Positions 35,793-48,499 of a stretch of DNA of 64,000 bases are shown piece after piece. The position numbers and the translations under genes are program-made. The notes under the pieces were generated by a model. That model made no database searches. It was not told the DNA's origin and was given only the letters and a program-made list of their open reading frames with translations. Every line of letters starts with the position of its first letter. Positions within the stretch are counted from its first letter, which is position 1. The stretch spans positions 248,001 through 312,000 of the forward strand of contig NW_027590468.1 of NCBI RefSeq assembly GCF_964213995.1. The letters are read 5' to 3'. The stretch is from Mustelus asterias (lineage: Eukaryota).

Positions 35793-36621
35793 CCCCACTG
35801 ATAATCAGAAACATTTATTTCGTCCACAGCGAGAGTCACATGATCATAAATCAAACATCAAAACACAGCACTCAACAAGAACAGGCGACCTGCAGTTGGT
35901 TTTTAACTCGCAACTACACTAAATATACGTTCATGATTTGTTTACTCCTTTGATTATATCCCCTTGCCTGTGCGAATTACTATGCAACACTTTCCCCATC
36001 TTCATCGTCCATCTCAAGGTCCATTGGTCAACATGTCTATTTGGTCAGAGTATTTTGCTAGCTAAGGGACAGTTTATATAACATATACATTTCGCAAGAT
36101 TCTCATTGTGCTATTTAAAACAATCCATGAGATCAAGTTACCATCAATATTCATTCTCATTTTGAATGTCTGTCAATTGCTTTCTGACACAATTCGCAAC
36201 CCAGTGTTTCCACATTACAATTGCCAGACCAGCGATTTCACTCACACCCCGGTCTCGAACGATATTGCGATTTTCCTATCAAGCAACACTGATTATATTC
36301 CAGTTTGGGATATTTCTGCTCACTGAAAGGCAGATCTCCACCACTGGGAAACAGGTATATGACGTGAGAGGATGCAATGACACTACAGCAGATTAATGAG
36401 AGTGCGGATTAGGACGAGGTTTTTCTTGATTCAACGTCCCTTTTCTAGAGCGGACAGCGACAATGTGGAAAAGCAGCAGCGGGTTTTCTGGGGGTGGGGA
36501 GGGACAGAGTCAGATAGACAATTGTGGAATAAAACATTTAGTCTCATTTCCCAATCGTGATTTCAACCTAAAGTTTAGCAGAATCCGATATGATTGATTC
36601 CCGTTTGAAGATGAATTTCAG

Positions 36622-36750
36622 ATCTGAGTCTTGGAAATTCTGTCACTTGCTTATTGTCCTCAAACCAAAACAGAAGTAGTTTTTTTTCAAGTTTCACCTA
36701 TGATGTTACATGGAGTAATTTTGTTTTATTCTGGCACTCACTAAACCGGA
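36622..36750 (+). pseudogene. V-exon relic, paralog of 14461
   Basis: tttcag|atctgagtcttggaaattctgtcact...FTYDVTWSNFVLFWH. Confidence 0.55.
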
Positions 36751-38157
36751 TGAGCTGCGCTGACAGGAAGTCTCACTCATCTCCGCAGACAATAACTGAG
36801 ACAAACAACACCAAGAGCACCGTTCAGGCAGCCATACCTGTCTCCATCTCCAGGTGGAGAAATTGGACATTGAAGAGTTGATCAGAAGAAAGACTCATGT
36901 CCGGAGTTTATGATTGAAATCAGTGCTGCCCTCGCACTTTGCATTGTGTCCAGGAAGCTTCTGTCTGTTGGATTAAAAAATAAGATTCCTTAACGTTACA
37001 AAGCCAATGCGCAGAGCGGAGAGGCCAAGCCAATAATCCATCTCCTAATTGCTCCAATAACGAATTCAAGTTCAAGTTGAATCTAATTCATGGACCCAAC
37101 AAGAGATTTTTACAAGATCCAAGCTGCCAGGAAAAGGCATCGCACCTGATCTTGGGCTTGATTTGACGCTTGATCGTAGCCAAAAGACCGAGATGTTTGC
37201 CAGGGTAGTGTAGAATCTTGGGCAGATACAGCCACTATGAGCAGCGGTGCTGTCCGCCGCTGAAACACATTACCAGAGAAAACCACATTAACCTCGGATT
37301 AAACTAGTTTCCAACCATAAGCTAGAAAACTGTGACTGCAGAATCCAATCAGACCGGCAGATGAGTCATCAAATCAGTGAACAGGTTAAACCCGGTGCCG
37401 TTCAGTTTCTGATCTGCTGTTAATTCCCCAAACTCAGGGCTACATTTTAATTTGATGACTTTAAGTTTCCTTGGTACTTTGATTTTTGTTCGGGCTGTTC
37501 CCCCTCCTTTTGGGGAGCTGCCCCTTTTACTTTGTCCTGACTTAATTTGAGTTTGTTTATTCGGTTTGACCTAAAAAGAGGCCCCAAACTCAGGGCTGGA
37601 TGTTCAGATCAGTTCCGGGAGAGATGTTTCTCACCCTCAGAGCCCACCTACTGACGTCTCTCAGACTGCAGATGACATCACACGTCACAATAAGAAGTCT
37701 CACAACACCAGGTTAAAGTGCAACAGGTTTATTTAGAATCAGGAACTTTCAGAGGGGGGGGGGGGGGGGTCCTTCATCGGGTGAGTCACAATGCTAGATG
37801 ATCGGACGTCACAACATTTGCTCTGATCTCACAATGCCACCAGTGATGCTCTGACGTTACAACACATGTTGCTCTGATGTCACAATCGCAGACGCTCTGC
37901 CGTCACGATGCCAGATGCGCTGACGTCACAGTGCGGGATGCTCTGTCGCATGCGCACTCTCCTCCCCCGCGCTATCATTGCTGAAGCTCCCTCACTGCTT
38001 CACTTTGTGATCACAAGTCCAGGCGCCCCGGCTCTGACCGACACGGTGTAACTGGTGTTTGGTTCAGTTTGACACCCAACAGCGCTGCCTTCCCCAGGAG
38101 CGTCTTTTCCCCTGGGATCTGACGACAGCGAGCTTCCACACGTCGATAGGATCCGAC

Positions 38158-38677
38158 ATGAAGCTGAGCTTCACTTTCGTGATCATCATCCTGGATTTCT
38201 TACTCTTCCCTCAGTGTGAGTGTGATGATTATTTCTGACAGGAATATCTCGCACATTAGCAATGCTATGTTATGTTGAATTGTACTCTGCTTTATTGTAT
38301 TATATCCTATTGTGTACACAATGTTACTTTATTGTGATGATTATATTGCGCTCTGTGATAGTATTTTTTAATGATGTTACTGCATACCTCTATATTCTTC
38401 CCAGATGCCGCTAGCAGTGAAGAGGTATCACAGTCGCCGGAGTCAATGGTTGTTACCGAGGGAGGCACGGCATTGTTGAACTGCTCAACGACAGTAGAGC
38501 AAAATATCTTGCAATGGTACAAACAATACCGGGACCTAACCGTGCAGCACCTGGTGAGCGGTACCAGCGATCAGAACAGGATCACGGCTCGGTTCATTTT
38601 CTCAGAGAAACGTAGCTTTCTGAATGTTAGCGACACTCGGCTGACAGACACTGCCACTTATTTCTGTGCAGTGAAGG
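38158..38677 (+). CDS. TRAV: TCR alpha V segment, intact, short-CDR2 family (leader 38158-38215, exon 38405-38677)
   Basis: MKLSFTFVIIILDFLLFPQ|gtgagt, then EEVSQSPESMVVTEGGTALLNCSTTVEQNILQWYKQY...TDTATYFCAVK. RSS cacagca(38678-38684)-23-acaaaaacc(38708-38716). Confidence 0.92.
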
Positions 38678-39818
38678 CACAGCATAGCAAAGAGCATTCA
38701 GCACCGTACAAAAACCTGCCGGGCTGATCCTGCAGGTGTGTAGCCTTGGCAGAGAGCTGGGTTGTTAATCACACTCTCCCTTGGATACACGCTGCAATCA
38801 CTCAATCAATGAGGCCTGTTCATGATTTGGGTTTACTCCTAAATATCAGAGGCGAACGTTCAAAATATATTTAAATTCAATTATTTTCTGTGGAAATCTC
38901 ATCCAGACAGCACGTGTTCCATGGTGCTTTCAGATGATAAACATCGTGCTATTCTTTCATTTGGTGATGATCTCTAAAACAGAGTGTAGGAGAAACTGGG
39001 GAATATGAACGGGGGTGGGAACGGGGAGAGCGACGATTCCCCTGAGCAGGGCGCTGAGCAACTCCGGACCTGTCCACCAGAACAGGGAATGTTCCCAGTT
39101 GCTCAGACAGACGTGTACCCAATCAAGGAAGGTTTGGAAAAGGTTATCAAGAAAGAAAGTTAATCTGAAACGGCGTTAACTGAGTAACTAAATGACGTCA
39201 GTTCAGGTTATCATTATTATAACGAAAGGAGCGATAAGGAGACATTGTAAGTTGGAGAGTCTCTGTTAGAGAACGTAGTAGTGCACGAGAAACAGTGATG
39301 GAAACTGAAGCTATATGTCATTTGAAGGGAGAAGTGGACAAATCTTTGTCTAGAAATGGAAAATTTAAAAAGAAGTAAGAAATGGAAGCAGGCAGATGAT
39401 TAGGAATAGGCGGATACATCTTTAAGAGAGACAGTACATAATTAATAGGCCGAATTTCCTCTGCTTGTGCTCTACGATGCTAAGATAATAAATGGTTCCG
39501 TTCAGTTCGAGAGGCAACAGAACACAGCCCTTATGAAACAATGTACTCTGCTGTTATATACAGGACGCAGAGAGGGTCGGAGGCAATGACGGTTTAAGTG
39601 ATCTCCGGTTTGAGAAACAGCCAATCGCTCAGTGGCACCGTTAATGACGTTAGATACCAACATCCCATAATAATGCAATCGGTAACACTGTTGCCCCTCA
39701 GTCTCACATTCAGCTCTCGCCTCTCCTCTCCCTCCCCACCATTCAGAGTCCCGACCTCGGCTGCAAGTCCTAGTCTAGAAATCAGACCCGATTGATCCTC
39801 TTGTGCATCTACATCACC

Positions 39819-40220
39819 ATGAAGAGAACCCCACGGAAAGACCTGCTTCCAGTTGGTGCTCTGACACTGCTGCTATTTTGTAAGTTTCTTTTTCTAATCA
39901 GATGTGCAGTTTTAAACAATCTCTTAATACCGCGTGCTTTGTGAGTGATTGTTTTCTTTGCTCACAGCCGTTCAGTGTAAGGGTCAGAGCTCCCACCCTG
40001 AGCAGGTCGTGTTTCGGGAAGGGAACGTGTTGAACTGAAGTTTGAGCTCTCCATTAGATCTCGCTATTCCGTAGCTTGGTTCAGACAAACACTGACAGGG
40101 GCTCCGAAATTTATCGTCTCCATTTACAATAGAAATGTGACCGAAGGACGTTACACACTGTCCTATGACCGAGTAAAGAATTCAAACACCATCTCTATAG
40201 ATGAGACCGTGTGAAGCAGA
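39819..40220 (+). pseudogene. TCR V pseudogene of a family with no intact member in the window (leader 39819-39879, exon from 39968)
   Basis: MKRTPRKDLLPVGALTLLLF|gtaagt. After a frameshift: ERVELKFELSIRSRYSVAWFRQTLTGAPKFIVSIYNRNVTEGRYTLSYDRVKNSNTISIDETV*. The DxAxYxC motif is deleted. Degenerate RSS cgcagtg(40221-40227)-23-acaatagct. Confidence 0.82.
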
Positions 40221-40649
40221 CGCAGTGAGACAAAGAGCAGAAGCGGCTGTACAATAGCTTGTTCCCTGCCCTGTCTCCACTGCCCCGTTAACATTTCCTC
40301 AAATCATGCCCATTAGACATGCCGGTAATATTAGAAGGATTACTTTCCCCTGTTTAGCCAAGACAGAGTCGCAATATCCGACAACCGTCAATACAGATGC
40401 AGTGTGTCGAAACATTTTCAATAAACTCTCTTGTTTCGTTGTTCCACACACAAAATAAAGAGACAGACAGAAAAATAACCTTTTCTCAGATAACTGGGCA
40501 GGTAGCTTTTGTAAGAAAAAGATAGCTAAACAAGAATATGGGAAGATGGAAAGAGCGATAATAAGTAGACAGATGGGTAAGAGACACAGACAGGCGGACA
40601 GCTCGATACATAGACGCAAAGATTAGTTCATTCCGTAGATGTGTTCCGT

Positions 40650-40960
40650 AGATGTTAGCGTGGATTGGGGATTGGCTATCCGACAGGAAGCAGAGAGTCG
40701 GAATAAATGGGTGCTTTTCTGGTTGGCAGATGGTAACTAGTGGCGTGCCACAGGGATCGGTACTGGGGCCTCAACTATTTACCATTTATATAGACGATCT
40801 GGAGGAGGGGACTGAGTGTAGGGTAATAAAGTTTGCAGACGACACAAAGATAAGTGGAAAAGTGAATCGTGGGGAGGGCGTAGAAGGTCTGCAGAGAGAT
40901 TTGGACAGGCTGAGAGAGTGGGCGAGGATCTGGCAGATGGAGTATAACGTTGACAAATGC
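40650..40960 (+). mobile_element. CR1 RT internal fragment
   Basis: WLSDRKQRV..VTSGVPQGSVLGPQLFTIYIDDL..KFADDTK..WQMEYNVDKC. Confidence 0.92.
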
Positions 40961-41774
40961 GGTTTTGTCATTTTGTGATTGGCTAGCCTCCCTGAGATGA
41001 CGTTAGCTTTGGACCAATCACTGTTTGCAGACGACGAAGGGCAGCTGGCTTTCTCCAATCAAATTGTAGCCCAGGCTCTGTGCGTCTTCCCCACCCTCTT
41101 GCTCTCTGTCACATTCTCAGTCATTCTGTCTCTTTCTCTGTTTAACTAGCTTTCTTTCCAACTCAATGTCGGTATATTTCTTTAGGTAGATCTTTTCAAT
41201 CAAGGTGAAAAATAAAACAGATAATTTGAAATCTGTCTGATGCACAGGTAATTAGTGTCCAGGGTATGAGGATAATTAATAGACACCGTTCTAAGTACAC
41301 CGGGAAAACGTAATTACCCAACTCCGCATTGAGATGCGGTTCCACTGGGAAAGCACTGATTTCAGTCAGTCAATATTTTTAACCCAGCAACTTCAACATG
41401 TGACAACTCTAAACCTGCCTTTGGATATTTGATCACTTTTGAAAGGTGTGGTCTGTCAGACAGTTAACTGATCTGGAACAGTTAAAGGATAGATTGATGA
41501 CGTTGTTCACCTGGTAGATCTGCGGATTTGTGTGAATGGTATCGAGGAATGATTGGAATTGATCTGGTATAAACAAGTAAATATATGCCAAATTTTCCAA
41601 CAGTGACAATCATTTACCTCAGTGAGCGAAAACACTCAGATGGGGCTGTATTGTCACGTACTATGGGTACATTTTCTCTGATTTTTAACTCCATGTGTTG
41701 TCCTGACAATGAACCATTGATTTTCGACCTGCGCCAGTTTTTATATGAGGCCAGCGGGAGCCTCATTCACTCTG

Positions 41775-42227
41775 GGTCTCAGTGCACAGTAATACACGGC
41801 GCTGTCTGTCACCTTCTAATCTTTCATAGACAAGTGAAAAGTGCTTTGTTTCAGGTTGAGATTCCCGTTCAAGTGTTCAAGTCCAGGAGCCGTCTCGGTA
41901 AACAAATAACTCGCGGCTCTGAGCAGCTACTGAGGAGCTCGGAGTGTATACTGGCGATACCAGAACAGGTGATGTTGTACAGCTGAACTCGATACCGAGT
42001 AACTGCAGGGCATTGCTGAATCTTCACCCTCTCCTGGTTCTGACTGCGGCACTGAGTCTCCGTTACTCATCTCTGAAAATAGAAAACAGACACGCAGCGG
42101 GTTGGAAGGAGTAACGCCTCCAGATGGAAATGAGGAATGAATATGGTGATTGAGGATTTCACGCAGAAGTTCAAAATGACAGACCTGTAATCAGGACAAT
42201 AACCGGAGTCACAGAGTTTCACCCCAT
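41775..42227 (-). pseudogene. TCR V pseudogene, paralog of V at 45825-46295
   Basis: Leader ATG GGG TGA; FR1 deletion; in-frame TAG before DSAVYYCALR. RSS cagagtg(41774-41768)-23-ataaaaact, with the heptamer CAC mutated. Confidence 0.9.
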
Positions 42228-42414
42228 GGTTCGAGTCTGAACACCAGAAACAGAGAGACTGATGACTGTCTGCATCAGACCTGCAATTGGAGAAGTTGAA
42301 ACAATCAGGGGGATGTTATGAGGTCGAAGGTGACTCCCTCTCTCCGTCCATTTTTACACCTTCAAACAGATACTTCCTTTAGAAGAGGATGGTGATCTTT
42401 TATAAGTGATCAGA

Positions 42415-42433
42415 GAGCGCCCTCCTGTGGACA
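42415..42433 (-). promoter_or_regulatory. Promoter-proximal CTCF-like motif
   Basis: TGTCCACAGGAGGGCGCTC on -; paralog TGTCCACGGGAGGGCGCTC at 46495-46513. Confidence 0.6.
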
Positions 42434-43372
42434 GCACAGCCGCATATCGGAAGCAGGTTCACACAAGGCCAACGGCAAAGATTTACACATATAGAGATCA
42501 GAGAATCATAGAATCATAGAACCCCTACAGAAGGAAGCCATTCGGCCCAGCGTTTTATCATCGCCTTTGTTGGGGAATAAATGTGATCAGGGTAACTGAA
42601 TACATTACCAATCGAGGAAAAACAATTAAAAGGGAAGATGTTTTATCTCAGTATCTCGAGCATGCTGGGCATTGTGCAACTTGGGAAGTTACCAGTTAAG
42701 AAAGTTGCCGCTATGATGAATGTGTAAAAACTAACAGACAGCAGTCTCGCCGAGCTGGTGCTGGATCTGAACTCAGTGAGTTCAAACTGTTTTAGTTCAG
42801 AGTTCAGAAGATGGTGAGTAATATCCGGCCTCACTGGCGATTGGTTCATTCCTGACAAAGAGCCAGCAGGAGGCACCCAATCAGCTCACAGCTTCTCTGT
42901 CCTACGTTTCATCCAATCAGCTCAGAGAGTCTTTGTTCTCCAATGCATGACGTCAGAGCGAGGAGCCGGAACCATTCGAATCTGTTCTCAGACAATGAAC
43001 TGGACTCGAAGAAGCGGAACGACCGAATGGTGATGTCGCTCTTTGACAAAGTGAGGGCATGGAAACGAATATTGGTCATTTTCCGGAGTTCATCTTTGAG
43101 ATAGGACGCAGATGGATCTTGGTTAACGTTGTGGCAACAGCGGCAGAGTTTTCCATTGGAAGAGTTGCTCCAAAGGGCTATAAAAATGGAATTTATATAG
43201 AATGGCACATTCAGCACCATGGAAAGAGAGCATTCGGGCTAACTCTTCTTTATAATATTGTTTGTTAATATTAACAGTTTACAATCCAGGTCACAGATCC
43301 GATTCAGTGAGAGGAGGTGAGAGTGCCTTTGTAGGTTTTTGTACGGGCTGACTGTGTCTCTGTAACAGTGTG

Positions 43373-43810
43373 GGGCTCAGCGCACAGTGATACACGGCAG
43401 AGTCAGAGACATGGACCCCGGTGATTGTTAAAGGAACTGTTTTCTTGTCCTTGTCCAATTCAGCCGAAAACCGGTCAGGGAAATCTGGAGACTTTTCTCC
43501 GCCACCCGTGCCATATTTCTGCAGTAAATATCTCGGAGCTTCCCCGGGATACTGGATGTACCAGAAGAGATTTGGAGAAGCATCCTTTGTTGTGTAATTA
43601 CAATTCACTGTTACGTTCAATCCTTCCTGAACCGTTAATTCAGCCGGGTCCTGGGAAACTGAATCTTGGCCATTGATTCCTGCAACAAAATGTAGAATGT
43701 GTGAGAAATCTGTGAACAAATATAACCCATGAAACACACACTGAGGATTTGAACTCAGACTCACCGGGCAGCGTGGCCATTATTATCAGTAAAGCACACA
43801 GGGAACACAT
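43373..43810 (-). CDS. TRAV: TCR alpha/delta V segment, intact (leader 43810-43765, exon 43679-43373)
   Basis: MCSLCALLIIMATLP|gtgagt, then GINGQDSVSQDPAELTVQEGLNVTVNCNYTTKDASPNLFWYIQYP...SDSAVYHCALS. RSS cacactg(43372-43366)-23-acaaaaacc(43342-43334). CRE at ~43964-43971. Confidence 0.94.
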
Positions 43811-43979
43811 GGTTCCTGATAGGACAGTAAGCAGCGACAATGTTTACAATAAGTTGCTGCCTCTAGTCTTATATCACAGAGTCAACTCAGATCAGAGGCA
43901 GCTTCTATTATTAGGAAACTGGGAGGCGTTTCTCAGTGCTGCGATTGGCTCATCTCCCTGAGCTGACGTCAGCTGCGAA

Positions 43980-44302
43980 TCATAAAATCCCTACAGTGCA
44001 GAAGGAGGCCATTCGCCCCATCGAGTCTGTACCGGTCACAATCCCACCCAGGCCCCACTCCCGCAACTCCGTGTATTTACCCTGCGTATCCCCTGAGACT
44101 CGGGTCAATTTAGCATGGCCAATCAACCCAACCTGCACATCTTTGGACTGTGGGAGGAATCAGCAGCAGCCGAAGGGGACCCACGTCGACACGGGGAGAA
44201 CATGCAAACTTCATACAGAAAGTGATCCGAAGCCGGAATTGAACCCGGGTCCCTGACACTGTGAGACAGCAGCGCTAACCATTGTGGCATCATGCCGCCC
44301 CG
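43980..44302 (-). mobile_element. HE1-like V-SINE
   Basis: Reverse-complement copy inserted next to the promoter CRE. Confidence 0.87.
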
Positions 44303-44549
44303 TAACCAGTGAAGCAATCACTGTTAGTTAATGATTTAATATAGCTGGCTCTTTCCAATCACATTCCTTCCCTGGCCGTAAACGTATTTCTAAGTTCCTT
44401 GCTCTCTCTCTGCTCTCTCCCACATAACCAGTTATTGTGTCTCATTAACTGGTGAACTCGCTTTCCTCAGAACTCAGTCCATCAATCTTTCTGAAGGCAG
44501 ATCCTTTTTTTCTAATTCAGGTGAAAAGTGAAACTAATTTAATCATTTA

Positions 44550-44845
44550 TGGGTGACACGGTGGCGCAGTGGTTAGCATTGCTGCCTCACAGCCCCAGGG
44601 ACGGGGGTTCGATTCCAGCCTCGGGTCACTGTCTCTGTGGAGTTTGCACTTTCTCCCCGTGTCTGCGTGGGTTTCCTCAGGTGCTCCAGTTTCCTTCCAC
44701 AGTCCTAAACTGTGCAGGTTTGCTGGATTGGCCACGCAAAATTAGCCTAAGTGTCAGGGGATAGCAGGTTAAATATGTGGGTTACGGGGATAGGGCCTGG
44801 GTGGGATTGTTGTCGGGACAGGCTCGTTGATCCTAATGGCCATGA
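44550..44845 (+). mobile_element. HE1-like V-SINE
   Basis: Consensus head and V-domain. Confidence 0.85.
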
Positions 44846-44929
44846 CTCAACATAATCAATAGTTAGTGCTGTAAGTGTACCGGGGATAAGTCGTCACTCA
44901 ACTCTGCACCAGGAAATATTTCACGGACT

Positions 44930-45400
44930 CATAACATAGAAACTAGAAGCAGGAGCCTTCTCCGCCAATCATCGTAATCATAGCTGATCATGGAATTCAA
45001 TATCCTGATCCCCCTTCCCCCTCGCCCATATCCCTCGACCCCTTTAGCCCCAAGAGCTATATCAAATTTCTTCTTGAAATCAGACAACGTTTTGGCCTCA
45101 ACTACATTCGGTGGAACTGAATTCCATACATCCAACACTCTCTGGATGAAGGGATTTCCCTTCACCTCAGTTTATCCCTTATCTTCAAAAGATGACCCTT
45201 AGTTCTGGATTCCACCATTGGGAACAGTCTCCTGAATCCACCCTGTCTAACCCTGTTAGAATTTTATAAGTTTCTATGAGATCCCCTCACTCTTCGAAAC
45301 CCCAGTGAATATAATCCTAACGGATTTAATCTCTCCTCATATGACAGAGCTGCCATCCCAGGAATCAGCCTGGTAAATCTTCACTGTACCCCTCTATTCC
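44930..45400 (-). mobile_element. CR1 LINE 3' fragment
   Basis: QRVLDVWNSVPPNVVEAKTLSDFKKKFD and tail on -. Confidence 0.82.
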
Positions 45401-45824
45401 CCAAATAGAAAAGCTCTGATTTCAATCAGTTATTATTTCTGCTCCACGGACTTGAAAATGGGCCAATTCTGAGGCTGCATTTGACAATAGATCACTTTTA
45501 AAATGTGTGGCCGGGCAGATAGGCACCGAATCCAGAATCTTTCTAAGTACAGATTAAGGAAGTTATTCACCCGGGATAATCTGCAGATTTTGTGCGGATG
45601 GGGTCGCAGAATGGTTGGATTTGATCCGGGAATAATAGGACGGCAAATGTGACATTTCACAACACTGACAATGGCTGAGCTCAGTGGGGGAATATTATTC
45701 AGCTGGGGCTGTATTGTGGCCTTCATTTTCTGCGCATTTTCGTTGAGATCCGACTCTTTTTCTCTGACCCTGAAACGTCTGCGTCACTTTTTGTCTGAGG
45801 CCCGCGGGAGCCTCACTCACTGTG

Positions 45825-46295
45825 GGTCTCAGTGCACAGTAATACACGGCGCTGTCTCTCATCTTCAAATCTTTCATGGACAAGTGAAAAGTGCTTTGTG
45901 TCTGGTTGAGATTCCCGCTGAAGTGTCCAAAGCCGGGAGCCGCGTCGGTAAACCCATAACTATCGGCTCTGAGCAGATACTGAGGAGCTCGGTGTGGATA
46001 CTGGCGATACCAGAACAGGTCATGTTGTATAGCTGAACTCGGCACAGAGTAACTGCAGGGTATTGCTGAATCTTCACCCTCTGCTGCTTCAACTCCTGGT
46101 TCTGACTGGAACACTGAGTCTCCATTGCTCATCTCTGGAAATAAACAGCGGACGCACAGCGGGTTAGGAGTCAGAGGAAGACGATAGTCACACAGCGCTG
46201 GGAAAGGGAAATTGCACAAGGTTTGCAATATACTTTACAATCTGTGACCAGAATCACTGACCTGGGATCAGTGCAATAACTAGAATCAGGAACAT
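45825..46295 (-). CDS. TRAV: TCR alpha/delta V segment, open (short leader 46295-46262, exon 46134-45825)
   Basis: MFLILVIALIP|gtcagt, then EMSNGDSVFQSEPGVEAAEGEDSAIPCSYSVPSSAIQHDLFWYRQYP...RDSAVYYCALR. RSS cacagtg(45824-45818)-23-acaaaaagt(45794-45786). Confidence 0.88.
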
Positions 46296-46599
46296 TTTCA
46301 CCCCCAGCGTTCCAGTCTGAGCTCCAGAAACGGAAACAATGATCTCTGTCTGCACCGGACCTGGAATGTGAGAAGTTGAAAGAGTCAACAAGGTGTGGTG
46401 CGATTGGCTGGGGTTTATTTCCCCCGCCCATTTTTATATCTGCAAATAGTCACTCTCTGCAGAAGGCAACTGTGATGTTCGGTAAGTGATCAGAGAGCGC
46501 CCTCCCGTGGACATTACAACCGCATTGGGAACAGACGCAGAAACAAGAGCCCAGATATACACACGCCGAGAAATATAAAGACCCAGAAATACCCAGTGC

Positions 46600-47250
46600 A
46601 GCTACAACACGGACACGAGGGACAATTCGCTCCACATCCACACCGTTAATACCCCTTATGGTTTCAAAGGTTTCAATGAAGTTATCTCTGAGTCTTCGAA
46701 ACTCAAGTGGATACAAACCCAACATCAATATTCTTACCGCGGATACAGATAACCCGCACGTACCTGGATACTATTATAGCAAACCTTCTCTGAACGTTTT
46801 TTAACGCATTACCATCTTTCTTTAGATAAGGAGATACGTATTGTCCGCAATACTCCAGGTGTGGTCTCACCAATGCCCCGTACAACGGAAACATACCCTT
46901 CCTATTTTATAATAGATTCCCTCGTAGTGAATGATCATATTTTATGACTTTTTTAATTAATTACTATACCTGTACCTTAGCCCCTTTCGATTCGTGCCCT
47001 AGGACAGCCCAATCCCTCTGTACCTCAGAATTTTGTAATCTTTCACCGTTTAAATATTAAGTGTATTTTATATTCATCCTGCCAATAGGGACATTTTCAC
47101 ATTTGACCACATTATACTCAATTTGGCGGAGCTTTGCCAATTCACTTAACCTACTTATGTTTCTTTATCGTATCCTTACACGCACTTTATCATTTATCTT
47201 CCTACCTATCTTTGTGTTGTCTGCAAATTTAGCATCCATATCTGCTCTGT
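46600..47250 (-). mobile_element. Old CR1 LINE fragment
   Basis: KFADNTKIG and LYGALVRPHLEYC..SPY remnants on -. Confidence 0.8.
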
Positions 47251-48499
47251 AAATATTACAGTGTATTCTAACAATTAATCCAGTTCTCCTTGATTACTGC
47301 TCTGCTACATATCATTGTGTATTCCAACAATTAAAGCAGAGTTCTCCTGCATTACTGCTCTCTATCTTTTAACCGTGTAATTGAATAATTCATCCTGTTC
47401 TCTTGGATTGTGGCTCCCCAACATATCCATGTGTTATGGAACCCGCTCCTGAAACAGTGAACACAAAAACACGGTGAGGGATCGCCCTCTGGTGGTGATG
47501 TGAGGTAAATGGGAGATCAGTGAATTCTCAGATTACTGGAAGATCTTGTTGCAGGATTTTGCTGCTGTATTTTTTCTTGTTCTCATGATTCTTGTTATAA
47601 TACACTTAAATTCAGGTGGAACCATGCACGGAACTAATACGAACTTCAGTCTGAATCCTCATCAATTAATTGCTTTATCTGTTTTGAATGTTCCAGGCCT
47701 TTCTGTTAAACTATACTCGTGTTACAAAATTTGAAACCACAGCAATACTGCTAAGATTCGATCTCTTATTAAAGTTCTCTCCACACATCGAAAGGATGTA
47801 AATTTGACTCCAACCTCACATTTATCTGACAGATTGTCGGATTTCAGTGCACCTGCTTCAATTTTAAACTTTCCCCAGAGTTGTCATGATGATATTTTGG
47901 CTAACACATCAGCTGTCCCCTAATGGGGCTTGGGGAATTTATTGAAATAGGAGACTGGGAGAAATTGCATGTTCTAAATTCTGCACGTTGCTGGAAAACG
48001 GTTGAGGGAGAGAGGGGCTTTGAGACACAGAGAGAGGAGACAGACATTAGCCGCCAAAATATTGAGAGTGCAGGATGGACACCGAGGTGAACAGAGACCC
48101 AGAGGCGCAGAGAAAGACAGGCAGGAGCAGGTAAAGTTATTGGGCTACAACCAATATTGTTCGGTGGCCAATTCTTGACAACACTGAGAAACAAGCCAAT
48201 CCTGTCATTGGGTAACGCCTCTTAGTCTCCCAATAAATGAGGACTGCCCATGATATAAAATTACTTCTTCACATCAGAGTACAAGAGTTGACATAATTTT
48301 ACAATTCTGCTGATTTTGTGGAATTCTTAAGCTGGAAGCATGTTCTCCCAATGTTCTTCACTACTTTGTCTAGGAAACAATGACTGAACACAGGGGGTGA
48401 ATGTGAGAAGCTGAAGTTTCCACTTGAAGACATTCCCAGTGTCTCTGAGCAGCTGAACTGGGGAAGCCTTTGGGCAGAGACTGTGCTGCTGCTATTGCC

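Larger units (their letters stand above)
33250..38960 (+). repeat. Older segmental duplicate of ~11090-17670
   Basis: Same order in both: CR1 fragment, GA-rich block, reverse CTCF, V (13013/35173), V relic, flank, CRE promoter, V (16888/38158). Confidence 0.85.

Noticed and set aside
1-48000. NAR-TCR, Ig-like (TAILV/VH) segments, D, J or C exons, or pre-joined VJ genes
   Set aside because: All intact V genes have their own leader, a TCR-type framework and an unrearranged 23-type RSS. No 12-RSS, FGxG J motif or C domain was recognised by eye; a profile search would be needed to exclude them fully.
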